Source: Escherichia coli (lineage in GTDB: Bacteria > Pseudomonadota > Gammaproteobacteria > Enterobacterales > Enterobacteriaceae). From it: DNA of 64,000 bases. Location: assembly GCF_003018115.1 (NCBI RefSeq), contig NZ_CP027457.1; one strand, given 5' to 3'. The position numbers and the translations under genes are program-made. Every line of letters begins with the position of its first letter. The stretch's first letter is position 1. The notes beneath the pieces are model-generated. The model had not been told where the DNA came from, ran no database searches, and saw nothing but the letters and a program-made list of their open reading frames with translations. Of the stretch, positions 12,570 to 22,724 are shown one piece after another.

Positions 12570-13940
12570 ATGAAAAAATTAACCTGCTTTAAAGCCTATG
12601 ATATTCGCGGGAAATTAGGCGAAGAACTGAATGAAGATATTGCCTGGCGCATTGGTCGTGCCTATGGCGAATTTCTCAAACCGAAAACCATTGTGTTAGG
12701 CGGTGATGTCCGTCTCACCAGCGAAACCTTAAAACTGGCGCTGGCAAAAGGTTTACAGGATGCGGGCGTCGATGTGCTGGATATCGGCATGTCCGGCACC
12801 GAAGAGATCTATTTCGCCACGTTCCATCTCGGCGTGGATGGCGGCATTGAAGTTACTGCCAGCCATAATCCGATGGATTACAACGGCATGAAACTGGTGC
12901 GCGAAGGGGCTCGCCCGATCAGCGGCGATACCGGACTGCGCGATGTCCAGCGTCTGGCAGAAGCCAACGACTTTCCTCCCGTTGATGCAACCAAACGCGG
13001 TCGCTATCAGCAAATCAATCTGCGTGACGCTTACGTTGATCACCTGTTCGGTTATATCAATGTCAAAAACCTCACGCCGCTCAAGCTGGTGATCAACTCC
13101 GGGAACGGCGCAGCGGGTCCGGTGGTGGACGCCATTGAAGCCCGCTTTAAAGCCCTCGGCGCGCCCGTGGAATTAATCAAAGTACACAACACACCGGACG
13201 GCAATTTCCCCAACGGTATTCCTAACCCGCTGCTACCGGAATGTCGCGACGACACCCGCAATGCGGTCATCAAACACGGCGCGGATATGGGCATTGCCTT
13301 TGATGGCGATTTTGACCGCTGTTTCCTGTTTGACGAAAAAGGGCAGTTTATCGAGGGCTATTACATTGTCGGCCTGCTGGCAGAAGCATTCCTCGAAAAA
13401 AATCCCGGCGCGAAGATCATCCACGATCCACGTCTCTCCTGGAACACCGTTGATGTGGTGACTGCCGCAGGTGGCACGCCGGTAATGTCGAAAACCGGAC
13501 ACGCCTTTATTAAAGAACGTATGCGCAAGGAGGACGCCATCTACGGTGGCGAAATGAGCGCTCACCATTACTTCCGTGATTTCGCTTACTGCGACAGCGG
13601 CATGATCCCGTGGCTACTGGTAGCCGAACTGGTGTGCCTGAAAGAGAAAACGCTGGGCGAACTGGTACGCGACCGGATGGTGGCGTTTCCGGCAAGCGGT
13701 GAGATCAACAGCAAACTGGCGCAACCCGCTGAGGCGATTAACCGCGTGGAACAGCATTTTAGCCGTGAGGCGCTGGCGGTGGATCGTACCGATGGCATCA
13801 GTATGACCTTTGCCGACTGGCGTTTTAACCTGCGCTCCTCCAACACCGAACCGGTGGTGCGGTTGAATGTGGAATCGCGCGGTGATGTGCCGCTGATGGA
13901 AGCGCGAACGCGAACTCTGCTGACGTTGCTGAACGAGTAA
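12570..13940 (+). CDS. cpsG: Phosphomannomutase
   Basis: ORF 12522..13940 trimmed to [14 protein letters not shown] (456 aa). Confidence 0.95.
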   Translation: MKKLTCFKAYDIRGKLGEELNEDIAWRIGRAYGEFLKPKTIVLGGDVRLTSETLKLALAKGLQDAGVDVLDIGMSGTEEIYFATFHLGVDGGIEVTASHNPMDYNGMKLVREGARPISGDTGLRDVQRLAEANDFPPVDATKRGRYQQINLRDAYVDHLFGYINVKNLTPLKLVINSGNGAAGPVVDAIEARFKALGAPVELIKVHNTPDGNFPNGIPNPLLPECRDDTRNAVIKHGADMGIAFDGDFDRCFLFDEKGQFIEGYYIVGLLAEAFLEKNPGAKIIHDPRLSWNTVDVVTAAGGTPVMSKTGHAFIKERMRKEDAIYGGEMSAHHYFRDFAYCDSGMIPWLLVAELVCLKEKTLGELVRDRMVAFPASGEINSKLAQPAEAINRVEQHFSREALAVDRTDGISMTFADWRFNLRSSNTEPVVRLNVESRGDVPLMEARTRTLLTLLNE

Positions 13941-13994
13941 TGTCGGATCTTCCCTTACCCCACTGCGGGTAAGGGGCTAATAACAGGAACAACG

Positions 13995-15389
13995 ATGACA
14001 AATCTAAAAAAGCGCGAGCGAGCGAAAACCAATGCATCGTTAATCTCTATGGTGCAACGCTTTTCAGATATCACCATCATGTTTGCCGGACTATGGCTGG
14101 TTTGCGAAGTGAGCGGCCTGTCATTCCTCTACATGCACCTGTTGGTGGCACTGATTACGCTGGTGGTGTTCCAGATGCTGGGCGGCATCACCGATTTTTA
14201 TCGCTCATGGCGCGGTGTTCGGGCAGCGACAGAATTTGCTCTGTTGCTACAAAACTGGACGTTAAGCGTGATTTTCAGCGCCGGACTGGTGGCGTTCAAC
14301 AATGATTTCGACACGCAACTGAAAATCTGGCTGGCGTGGTATGGGCTGACCAGCATCGGACTGGTGGTTTGCCGTTCATGTATTCGTATTGGGGCGGGCT
14401 GGCTGCGTAATCATGGCTATAACAAGCGCATGGTCGCCGTAGCGGGGGATTTAGCCGCCGGACAAATGCTGATGGAGAGCTTCCGTAATCAGCCGTGGTT
14501 AGGGTTTGAAGTGGTGGGGGTTTACCACGACCCGAAACCGGGCGGCGTTTCTAACGACTGGGCGGGTAACCTGCAACAGCTGGTCGAGGATGCTAAAGCG
14601 GGTAAGATTCATAACGTCTATATCGCGATGCAAATGTGCGACGGCGCGCGAGTGAAAAAACTGGTCCATCAACTGGCGGACACCACCTGTTCGGTGCTGC
14701 TGATCCCCGATGTCTTTACCTTCAACATTCTCCATTCACGTCTCGAAGAGATGAACGGCGTTCCGGTGGTGCCGCTGTATGACACGCCGCTTTCCGGGGT
14801 TAACCGCCTGCTAAAACGTGCGGAAGACATTGTGCTGGCGACGCTGATCTTGCTGCTGATCTCCCCGGTGCTGTGCTGTATTGCGCTGGCGGTGAAACTC
14901 AGTTCACCTGGGCCGGTTATTTTCCGCCAGACTCGCTATGGCATGGATGGCAAGCCGATCAAAGTGTGGAAGTTCCGTTCCATGAAAGTGATGGAGAACG
15001 ACAAAGTGGTGACTCAGGCGACGCAGAACGATCCGCGCGTCACCAAAGTGGGGAACTTTCTGCGCCGCACCTCGCTGGATGAACTGCCGCAGTTTATCAA
15101 TGTGCTGACCGGGGGGATGTCGATTGTCGGTCCACGTCCGCACGCAGTAGCGCATAACGAACAGTATCGCCAGCTCATTGAAGGCTACATGCTGCGCCAC
15201 AAAGTGAAACCGGGCATTACCGGCTGGGCGCAGATTAATGGCTGGCGCGGCGAAACCGACACGCTGGAGAAAATGGAAAAACGCGTCGAGTTCGACCTTG
15301 AGTACATCCGCGAATGGAGCGTCTGGTTCGATATCAAAATCGTTTTCCTGACGGTGTTCAAAGGTTTCGTTAACAAAGCGGCATATTGA
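13995..15389 (+). CDS. wcaJ: UDP-glucose:undecaprenyl-phosphate glucose-1-phosphate transferase
   Basis: 464 aa; N-terminal TM segments and C-terminal sugar-transferase domain. Confidence 0.9.
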   Translation: MTNLKKRERAKTNASLISMVQRFSDITIMFAGLWLVCEVSGLSFLYMHLLVALITLVVFQMLGGITDFYRSWRGVRAATEFALLLQNWTLSVIFSAGLVAFNNDFDTQLKIWLAWYGLTSIGLVVCRSCIRIGAGWLRNHGYNKRMVAVAGDLAAGQMLMESFRNQPWLGFEVVGVYHDPKPGGVSNDWAGNLQQLVEDAKAGKIHNVYIAMQMCDGARVKKLVHQLADTTCSVLLIPDVFTFNILHSRLEEMNGVPVVPLYDTPLSGVNRLLKRAEDIVLATLILLLISPVLCCIALAVKLSSPGPVIFRQTRYGMDGKPIKVWKFRSMKVMENDKVVTQATQNDPRVTKVGNFLRRTSLDELPQFINVLTGGMSIVGPRPHAVAHNEQYRQLIEGYMLRHKVKPGITGWAQINGWRGETDTLEKMEKRVEFDLEYIREWSVWFDIKIVFLTVFKGFVNKAAY

Positions 15390-15390
15390 T

Positions 15391-16869
15391 ATGAGCTTAC
15401 GTGAAAAAACCATCAGCGGCGCGAAGTGGTCGGCGATTGCCACGGTGATCATCATCGGCCTCGGGCTGGTGCAGATGACCGTGCTGGCGCGGATTATCGA
15501 CAACCACCAGTTCGGCCTGCTGACTGTGTCGCTGGTGATTATCGCGCTGGCAGATACGCTTTCTGACTTCGGTATCGCTAACTCGATTATTCAGCGAAAA
15601 GAAATCAGTCACCTTGAACTCACCACGTTGTACTGGCTGAACGTCGGGCTGGGGATCGTGGTGTGCGTGGCGGTGTTTTTGTTGAGTGATCTCATCGGCG
15701 ACGTGCTGAATAACCCGGACCTGGCACCGTTGATTAAAACATTGTCGCTGGCGTTTGTGGTGATCCCCCACGGGCAACAGTTCCGCGCGTTGATGCAGAA
15801 GGAGCTGGAGTTCAACAAAATCGGCATGATCGAAACCAGCGCGGTGCTGGCGGGCTTCACTTTTACGGTGGTTAGCGCCCATTTCTGGCCGCTGGCGATG
15901 ACCGCGATCCTCGGTTATCTGGTCAATAGTGCGGTAAGAACGCTGCTGTTTGGCTACTTTGGTCGAAAAATTTATCGCCCCGGTCTGCATTTCTCGCTGG
16001 CGTCAGTTGCGCCGAACTTACGCTTTGGTGCCTGGCTGACGGCGGACAGCATCATCAACTATCTCAACACCAACCTTTCAACGCTGGTGCTGGCGCGTAT
16101 TCTTGGCGCGGGCGTGGCAGGGGGATACAACCTGGCGTACAACGTGGCCGTCGTACCGCCGATGAAGCTGAACCCAATCATCACCCGCGTGTTATTTCCG
16201 GCATTCGCCAAAATTCAGGACGACACCGAAAAGTTGCGCGTGAACTTCTACAAGCTGCTGTCGGTGGTGGGGATTATCAACTTTCCGGCGCTGCTCGGGC
16301 TGATGGTGGTGTCGAATAACTTTGTACCGCTGGTCTTTGGTGAGAAGTGGAACAGCATTATTCCGGTGCTGCAATTGCTGTGTATTGTGGGTCTGCTGCG
16401 CTCCGTGGGTAACCCGATTGGTTCGCTGCTGATGGCGAAAGCGCGGGTCGATATCAGCTTTAAATTCAACGTATTCAAAACATTTCTGTTTATTCCGGCG
16501 ATTGTTATTGGTGGGCAGATGGCGGGCGCAATCGGCGTCACGCTCGGTTTCCTGCTGGTGCAGATTATCAACACCATTCTGAGTTACTTCGTGATGATTA
16601 AACCGGTACTCGGTTCCAGTTATCGCCAGTACATCCTGAGTTTGTGGCTGCCGTTTTATCTCTCGCTGCCGACGCTGGTGGTCAGTTATGCGCTGGGCAT
16701 TGTGCTGAAAGGGCAACTGGCGCTGGGGATGCTGCTGGCGGTGCAAATAGCCGCGGGCGTGCTGGCGTTTGTGGTGATGATTGTGCTGTCGCGCCATCCG
16801 CTGATGGTGGAAGTGAAGCGTCAGTTTTGTCGCAGCGAAAAAATGAAAATGCTTTTACGGGCGGGGTGA
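15391..16869 (+). CDS. wzxC: Colanic acid repeat-unit flippase
   Basis: 492 aa polytopic membrane protein; conserved position. Confidence 0.9.
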   Translation: MSLREKTISGAKWSAIATVIIIGLGLVQMTVLARIIDNHQFGLLTVSLVIIALADTLSDFGIANSIIQRKEISHLELTTLYWLNVGLGIVVCVAVFLLSDLIGDVLNNPDLAPLIKTLSLAFVVIPHGQQFRALMQKELEFNKIGMIETSAVLAGFTFTVVSAHFWPLAMTAILGYLVNSAVRTLLFGYFGRKIYRPGLHFSLASVAPNLRFGAWLTADSIINYLNTNLSTLVLARILGAGVAGGYNLAYNVAVVPPMKLNPIITRVLFPAFAKIQDDTEKLRVNFYKLLSVVGIINFPALLGLMVVSNNFVPLVFGEKWNSIIPVLQLLCIVGLLRSVGNPIGSLLMAKARVDISFKFNVFKTFLFIPAIVIGGQMAGAIGVTLGFLLVQIINTILSYFVMIKPVLGSSYRQYILSLWLPFYLSLPTLVVSYALGIVLKGQLALGMLLAVQIAAGVLAFVVMIVLSRHPLMVEVKRQFCRSEKMKMLLRAG

Positions 16870-16907
16870 GTTGCTGTTTTCGGTTCCGACAACGGTTGCC
16901 GGGTGCA

Positions 16908-16990
16908 GCGTAAAACGCCTTATCCATCCTACGGTTCTGTGCTCGGGACCTGTAGGCCTGATAAGACGCGCCAGCGTCGCATCAGGCAAA
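16908..16990. repeat. REP/BIME palindromic repeats between wzxC and wcaK
   Basis: cgccttatccatcctacggttctg ... gcgtcgcatcaggc, near-identical to the repeats at 12378..12485. Confidence 0.65.
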
Positions 16991-17048
16991 AAGCGGCAAC
17001 GAACACAACAAACACAGCCTCACCTGGCATCAAATTTATGAGGAAAAA

Positions 17049-18329
17049 ATGAAATTACTTATTCTGGGCAACCACACTTGCGGCAATCGTGGCGACAGTG
17101 CCATCTTGCGCGGCTTACTTGATGCCATCAACATCCTCAATCCACAAGCCGAAGTGGACGTGATGAGCCGCTATCCGGTCAGTTCTTCCTGGCTGCTCAA
17201 CCGCCCGGTAATGGGCGATCCGCTGTTCCTGCAAATGAAACAACACAACAGCGCGGCGGGCGTTGTCGGGCGCGTTAAAAAAGTCCTCCGTCGCCGCTAT
17301 CAACACCAGGTATTGCTCTCACGCGTCACCGACACTGGCAAGCTGCGTAATATCGCCATCGCCCAGGGATTCACCGACTTCGTGCGCATGCTCTCAGGTT
17401 ACGACGCCATTATTCAGGTCGGAGGATCGTTTTTTGTCGATCTCTACGGCGTGCCGCAGTTTGAACATGCGCTTTGCACGTTTATGGCGAAAAAGCCGCT
17501 GTTTATGATTGGTCACAGCGTCGGCCCCTTCCAGGATGAGCAATTTAACCAACTGGCGAACTACGTTTTTGGTCACTGTGACGCGCTGATCCTGCGCGAA
17601 TCGGTCAGCCTTGATTTGATGAAACGCAGCAATATCACCACTGCAAAAGTTGAACATGGCGTCGATACCGCGTGGCTGGTCGATCACCACACAGAAGATT
17701 TCACCGCCAGCTATGCCGTCCAACACTGGCTGGACGTTGCCGCACAACAGAAAACGGTGGCAATTACCCTGCGCGAACTGGCACCGTTTGACAAACGCCT
17801 CGGCACCACTCAACAAGCGTATGAAAAAGCCTTTGCCGGGGTGGTCAATCGCATTCTCGACGGAGGCTATCAGGTCATTGCGCTCTCCACCTGTACGGGC
17901 ATCGACAGCTATAACAAAGACGACCGCATGGTAGCGCTCAATCTGCGCCAGCACATCAGCGATCCTGCCCGTTACCACGTAGTGATGGATGAACTCAACG
18001 ATCTGGAAATGGGCAAAATTCTCGGGGCCTGTGAACTCACCGTCGGTACGCGCCTGCACTCCGCCATTATCTCGATGAATTTTGCCACTCCGGCAATTGC
18101 CATCAACTACGAACATAAATCCGCCGGGATCATGCAACAACTGGGGCTGCCAGAGATGGCGATTGATATCCGTCATTTACTGGACGGCAGCTTGCAAGCG
18201 ATGGTTGCGGATACCTTAGGCCAGCTTCCGGCGCTGAACGCACGACTTAACGAAGCCGTCAGTCGCGAACGTCAGACAGGAATGCAGATGGTGCAGTCTG
18301 TGCTTGAGCGCATCGGGGAGGCGAAATGA
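17049..18329 (+). CDS. wcaK: Colanic acid pyruvyl transferase
   Basis: 426 aa ORF; conserved position. Confidence 0.85.
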   Translation: MKLLILGNHTCGNRGDSAILRGLLDAINILNPQAEVDVMSRYPVSSSWLLNRPVMGDPLFLQMKQHNSAAGVVGRVKKVLRRRYQHQVLLSRVTDTGKLRNIAIAQGFTDFVRMLSGYDAIIQVGGSFFVDLYGVPQFEHALCTFMAKKPLFMIGHSVGPFQDEQFNQLANYVFGHCDALILRESVSLDLMKRSNITTAKVEHGVDTAWLVDHHTEDFTASYAVQHWLDVAAQQKTVAITLRELAPFDKRLGTTQQAYEKAFAGVVNRILDGGYQVIALSTCTGIDSYNKDDRMVALNLRQHISDPARYHVVMDELNDLEMGKILGACELTVGTRLHSAIISMNFATPAIAINYEHKSAGIMQQLGLPEMAIDIRHLLDGSLQAMVADTLGQLPALNARLNEAVSRERQTGMQMVQSVLERIGEAK

Positions 18330-19546
18330 AGGTCGGCTTCTTTTTACTGAAATTTCCGCTGTCGTCGGAAACTTTCGTCCTCAACCAAATTACCGCGTTT
18401 ATTGATATGGGATTTGAGGTGGAGATTGTCGCGCTGCAAAAAGGCGATACAGAGAACACCCACGCGGCATGGACGAAATACAACCTTGCCGCCAGAACCC
18501 GCTGGTTACAGGACGAACCAACGGGCAAAGTGGCGAAGCTGCGCCACCGCGCCAGCCAGACGTTACGCGGCATTCATCGTAAAAATACCTGGCAGGCGCT
18601 CAACCTCAAACGCTATGGTGCCGAGTCGCGGAACCTGATTTTGTCTGCCATTTGCGGTCAGGTCGCAACACCATTTCATGCCGATGTGTTCATCGCTCAT
18701 TTTGGCCCGGCGGGGGTAACCGCAGCAAAACTACGGGAACTGGGGGTCATTCGCGGCAAAATTGCCACTATCTTCCACGGTATTGATATCTCCAGTCGGG
18801 AAGTGCTCAACCACTACACTCCCGAATATCAGCAACTGTTCCGCCGTGGCGACCTGATGCTACCGATAAGTGATTTGTGGGCCGGAAGGCTGCAAAAAAT
18901 GGGCTGCCCGAGGGAAAAAATTGCCGTATCGCGCATGGGCGTGGACATGACGCGCTTTAGCCCGCGTCCGGTGAAAGCGCCCGCAACGCCGCTGGAAATC
19001 ATATCCGTCGCACGCTTAACCGAGAAAAAAGGTCTGCATGTAGCGATTGAAGCCTGCCGTCAGTTGAAAGAGCAGGGCGTGGCATTTCGCTATCGCATCC
19101 TCGGCATTGGCCCGTGGGAACGACGCCTGCGTACCCTCATCGAACAATATCAACTGGAAGATGTGGTAGATATGCCGGGCTTTAAACCGAGCCACGAAGT
19201 GAAAGCGATGCTCGACGACGCGGATGTCTTCCTGTTGCCATCGGTAACGGGCGCGGATGGCGATATGGAAGGCATTCCGGTGGCGCTAATGGAAGCGATG
19301 GCGGTCGGCATTCCGGTGGTTTCTACTCTGCATAGCGGAATACCGGAACTGGTGGAGGCCGATAAATCCGGCTGGCTGGTGCCTGAGAACGATGCTCGCG
19401 CACTGGCGCAACGACTGGCGGCGTTTAGCCAACTGGACACCGACGAACTGGCTCCGGTCGTCAAACGTGCTCGCGAAAAAGTCGAACACGATTTTAACCA
19501 GCAGGTGATTAATCGGGAACTCGCCAGCTTGTTACAGGCTTTATAG
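18326..19546 (+). CDS. wcaL: Colanic acid glycosyltransferase (GT4)
   Basis: 406 aa; GT4-type C-terminal motif. Confidence 0.85.
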   Translation: MKVGFFLLKFPLSSETFVLNQITAFIDMGFEVEIVALQKGDTENTHAAWTKYNLAARTRWLQDEPTGKVAKLRHRASQTLRGIHRKNTWQALNLKRYGAESRNLILSAICGQVATPFHADVFIAHFGPAGVTAAKLRELGVIRGKIATIFHGIDISSREVLNHYTPEYQQLFRRGDLMLPISDLWAGRLQKMGCPREKIAVSRMGVDMTRFSPRPVKAPATPLEIISVARLTEKKGLHVAIEACRQLKEQGVAFRYRILGIGPWERRLRTLIEQYQLEDVVDMPGFKPSHEVKAMLDDADVFLLPSVTGADGDMEGIPVALMEAMAVGIPVVSTLHSGIPELVEADKSGWLVPENDARALAQRLAAFSQLDTDELAPVVKRAREKVEHDFNQQVINRELASLLQAL

Positions 19547-19556
19547 AGGAGAACGC

Positions 19557-20951
19557 ATGCCATTTAAAAAACTCTCCCGACGCACCTTCCTGACGGCAAG
19601 CTCGGCGCTTGCCTTCCTCCATACCCCTTTCGCTCGCGCACTTCCCGCCCGACAAAGCGTTAACATTAACAACTACAACCCTCACGACTGGATCGCCTCA
19701 TTTAAACAAGCCTTCAGCGAAGGGCAAACGGTCGTCGTGCCTGCTGGATTGGTTTGTGACAATATCAACACCGGCATCTTCATTCCTGCAGGTAAAACGT
19801 TACACATCCTTGGAAGCCTGCGCGGCAACGGCAGAGGGCGATTTGTCTTACAGGACGGCAGCCAGGTGACAGGGGGGGAGGGCGGCAGTATGCATAACAT
19901 CACCCTGGATGTGCGCGGGTCTGACTGCACCATTAAAGGGCTGGCGATGAGCGGCTTTGGCCCGGTAACGCAGATTTATATCGGCGGCAAAAACAAACGG
20001 GTCATGCGTAACCTGACCATCGATAACCTGAACGTTAGCCACGCTAATTACGCCATCTTACGCCAGGGATTTCATAACCAGATTATCGGTGCCAACATCA
20101 CCAATTGTAAGTTCAGTGATTTACAGGGGGACGCCATCGAATGGAACGTGGCAATTAACGACAGTAATATTTTGATTTCCGACCATGTCATTGAGCGCAT
20201 CAACTGTACTAACGGAAAAATCAACTGGGGCATCGGCATAGGCCTTGCGGGGAGTACTTATGATAATAACTACCCGGAAGACCAGGCAGTGAAAAACTTT
20301 GTCGTGGCGAATATCACGGGATCGGATTGTCGGCAGTTGATACATGTTGAAAATGGTAAACATTTTGTTATTCGTAATATCAAAGCCCGCAATATCACAC
20401 CGGATTTCAGTAAGAAAGCAGGTATTGATAACGCCACGGTCGCTATTTACGGTTGTGACAATTTCGTGATTGATAATATTGAAATGATTAATAGCGCCGG
20501 GATGTTAATCGGCTATGGGGTAATTAAAGGCAAATATCTCTCGATACCGCAAAATTTCCGAGTGAATAATATTCAACTGGATAATACCCACCTTGCTTAC
20601 AAATTGCGCGGTATCCAAATCTCCGCCGGCAATGCCGTCTCCTTTGTGGCACTGACTAACATTGAGATGAAGCGTGCCTCGCTTGAGCTACACAATAAAC
20701 CGCAACACCTTTTTATGCGAAATATCAAGGTGATGCAGGAATCCTCAGTTGGACCCGCATTGAGCATGAACTTCGACATGCGCAAAGACGTTCGAGGCGT
20801 CTTTATGGCGAAAAAAGAAACACTGCTGTCACTTGCAAATGTTCATGCGGTGAATGAAAAAGGACAAAGCTCCGTCGATATCGACAGGATAAATCACCAT
20901 ATTGTTAATGTGGAAAAGATTAACTTTAGATTGCCGGAACGGAGGGAGTAG
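19557..20951 (+). CDS. wcaM: Colanic acid biosynthesis protein WcaM, Tat-type signal peptide
   Basis: 464 aa; N-terminus [28 protein letters not shown] carries an S-R-R-x-F-L twin-arginine motif. Confidence 0.85.
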   Translation: MPFKKLSRRTFLTASSALAFLHTPFARALPARQSVNINNYNPHDWIASFKQAFSEGQTVVVPAGLVCDNINTGIFIPAGKTLHILGSLRGNGRGRFVLQDGSQVTGGEGGSMHNITLDVRGSDCTIKGLAMSGFGPVTQIYIGGKNKRVMRNLTIDNLNVSHANYAILRQGFHNQIIGANITNCKFSDLQGDAIEWNVAINDSNILISDHVIERINCTNGKINWGIGIGLAGSTYDNNYPEDQAVKNFVVANITGSDCRQLIHVENGKHFVIRNIKARNITPDFSKKAGIDNATVAIYGCDNFVIDNIEMINSAGMLIGYGVIKGKYLSIPQNFRVNNIQLDNTHLAYKLRGIQISAGNAVSFVALTNIEMKRASLELHNKPQHLFMRNIKVMQESSVGPALSMNFDMRKDVRGVFMAKKETLLSLANVHAVNEKGQSSVDIDRINHHIVNVEKINFRLPERRE

Positions 20952-21125
20952 ATTTGCGACCATTCCTGGAAAAATGGAGCCATACTTAGGAACAATGCTA
21001 CAGCAATCCACAACGAAGCGGCGTAACATCACAAGTAATTCAGTAATCAATTCAGGGTAATTGATGCTGGCGAAAAAAATCGAACAAGCTATAATTCAGC
21101 AACCATTTTACAGGTGGATGAAATA

Positions 21126-22019
21126 ATGACGAATTTAAAAGCAGTTATTCCTGTAGCGGGTCTTGGGATGCATATGTTGCCTGCCACTAAGGCGATTCCC
21201 AAAGAGATGCTACCGATCGTCGACAAGCCAATGATTCAGTACATTGTTGACGAGATTGTGGCTGCAGGGATCAAAGAAATCCTCCTGGTAACTCACGCGT
21301 CCAAGAACGCGGTCGAAAACCACTTCGACACCTCTTATGAATTAGAATCTCTCCTTGAGCAGCGCGTGAAGCGTCAACTGCTGGCGGAAGTGCAGTCCAT
21401 CTGTCCGCCGGGCGTGACCATTATGAACGTACGTCAGGGCGAACCTTTAGGTTTAGGCCACTCCATTTTATGTGCACGACCTGCCATTGGTGACAATCCA
21501 TTTGTCGTGGTACTGCCAGACGTTGTGATCGACGACGCCAGCGCCGACCCGCTGCGCTACAACCTTGCTGCCATGATTGCACGATTCAACGAAACGGGTC
21601 GTAGCCAGGTGCTGGCAAAACGTATGCCGGGTGACCTCTCTGAATACTCCGTCATTCAGACCAAAGAACCACTGGATCGTGAAGGTAAAGTCAGCCGCAT
21701 TGTTGAATTCATCGAAAAACCGGATCAGCCGCAGACGCTGGACTCAGACATCATGGCCGTTGGTCGCTATGTGCTTTCTGCCGATATTTGGCCGGAACTT
21801 GAACGCACTCAGCCTGGTGCATGGGGACGTATTCAGCTGACTGATGCCATTGCTGAACTGGCGAAAAAACAGTCCGTTGATGCCATGCTGATGACAGGTG
21901 ACAGCTACGACTGCGGTAAAAAAATGGGTTATATGCAGGCATTTGTGAAGTATGGACTACGCAACCTAAAAGAAGGGGCGAAGTTCCGTAAAGGGATTGA
22001 GAAGCTGTTAAGCGAATAA
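21126..22019 (+). CDS. galF: UTP-glucose-1-phosphate uridylyltransferase paralogue GalF
   Basis: ORF 21114..22019 trimmed to [14 protein letters not shown] (297 aa); marks the upstream border of the O-antigen locus. Confidence 0.95.
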   Translation: MTNLKAVIPVAGLGMHMLPATKAIPKEMLPIVDKPMIQYIVDEIVAAGIKEILLVTHASKNAVENHFDTSYELESLLEQRVKRQLLAEVQSICPPGVTIMNVRQGEPLGLGHSILCARPAIGDNPFVVVLPDVVIDDASADPLRYNLAAMIARFNETGRSQVLAKRMPGDLSEYSVIQTKEPLDREGKVSRIVEFIEKPDQPQTLDSDIMAVGRYVLSADIWPELERTQPGAWGRIQLTDAIAELAKKQSVDAMLMTGDSYDCGKKMGYMQAFVKYGLRNLKEGAKFRKGIEKLLSE

Positions 22020-22277
22020 TGAAAATCTGACCGGATGTAACGGTTGATAAGAAAATTATAACGGCAGTGAAGATTCGTGGCGAAAGTAATATGTTGCGAA
22101 TATTCCTGCCGTTGTTTTATATAAACAATCAGAATAACAACGAGTTAGCAATAGGATTTTAGTCAAAGTTTTCCAGGATTTTCCTTGTTTCCTGAGCGGA
22201 TTGGTAAGACAATTAGCGTTTGAATTTTTCGAGTTAAGCGCGAGTGGGTAACGCTCGTCACATCGTAGGCATGCATG

Positions 22278-22315
22278 CAGTGCTCTGGTAGCTGTAAAGC
22301 CAGGGGCGGTAGCGT
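22278..22315 (+). promoter_or_regulatory. JUMPstart element containing the ops site GGCGGTAG (22305..22312), RfaH antitermination signal
   Basis: cagtgctctggtagctgtaaagccaggggcggtagcgt read directly, upstream of the first O-antigen gene. Confidence 0.85.
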
Positions 22316-22352
22316 ATTTGCTTATTTTTATCGTGTAATCAAAGTGATTGTT

Positions 22353-22724
22353 ATGAATAAGATAATAGTTGATCTTGACGGTACTTTAACTGAGGAAGAT
22401 ACAAATGATTATACTAAAGTTAAACCAAAACTAAAAGTTGTTAAAAAATTGTATGAATTTAAAAAAATGGGATTCAGTATTGTAATAATGACAGCAAGGA
22501 ATATGCGAACATTTGATGGTAATATTGGAAAGATTAATATACATACACTTCCTGTAATCATTGACTGGCTTAATGAAAATAATATCCCGTACGATGAAGT
22601 TATTGTGGGGAAGCCATGGTGCGGTAATAAGGGATTTTATGTTGATGATCGGGCACTAAGGCCTTCTGAATTTGCAAGATTAAATCTTCAAGAGATAAAC
22701 GAATTATTTGATAAGGATAAATAA
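22353..22724 (+). CDS. HAD-superfamily phosphatase (small, subfamily IIIC-like)
   Basis: ORF 22275..22724 trimmed to MNKIIVDLDGTLT, the HAD motif I DxDGT; longer upstream start rejected because it would run through the ops element; AT-rich. Confidence 0.6.
   Translation: MNKIIVDLDGTLTEEDTNDYTKVKPKLKVVKKLYEFKKMGFSIVIMTARNMRTFDGNIGKINIHTLPVIIDWLNENNIPYDEVIVGKPWCGNKGFYVDDRALRPSEFARLNLQEINELFDKDK

Noticed and set aside
17394-18176. 260 aa minus-strand ORF inside wcaK
   Set aside because: Antisense shadow ORF; wcaK on the plus strand fits operon context.
22275-22352. Extended N-terminus of the first O-antigen ORF (start at 22275)
   Set aside because: It would translate through the JUMPstart/ops element at 22278..22315; the HAD motif begins right after the Met at 22353.
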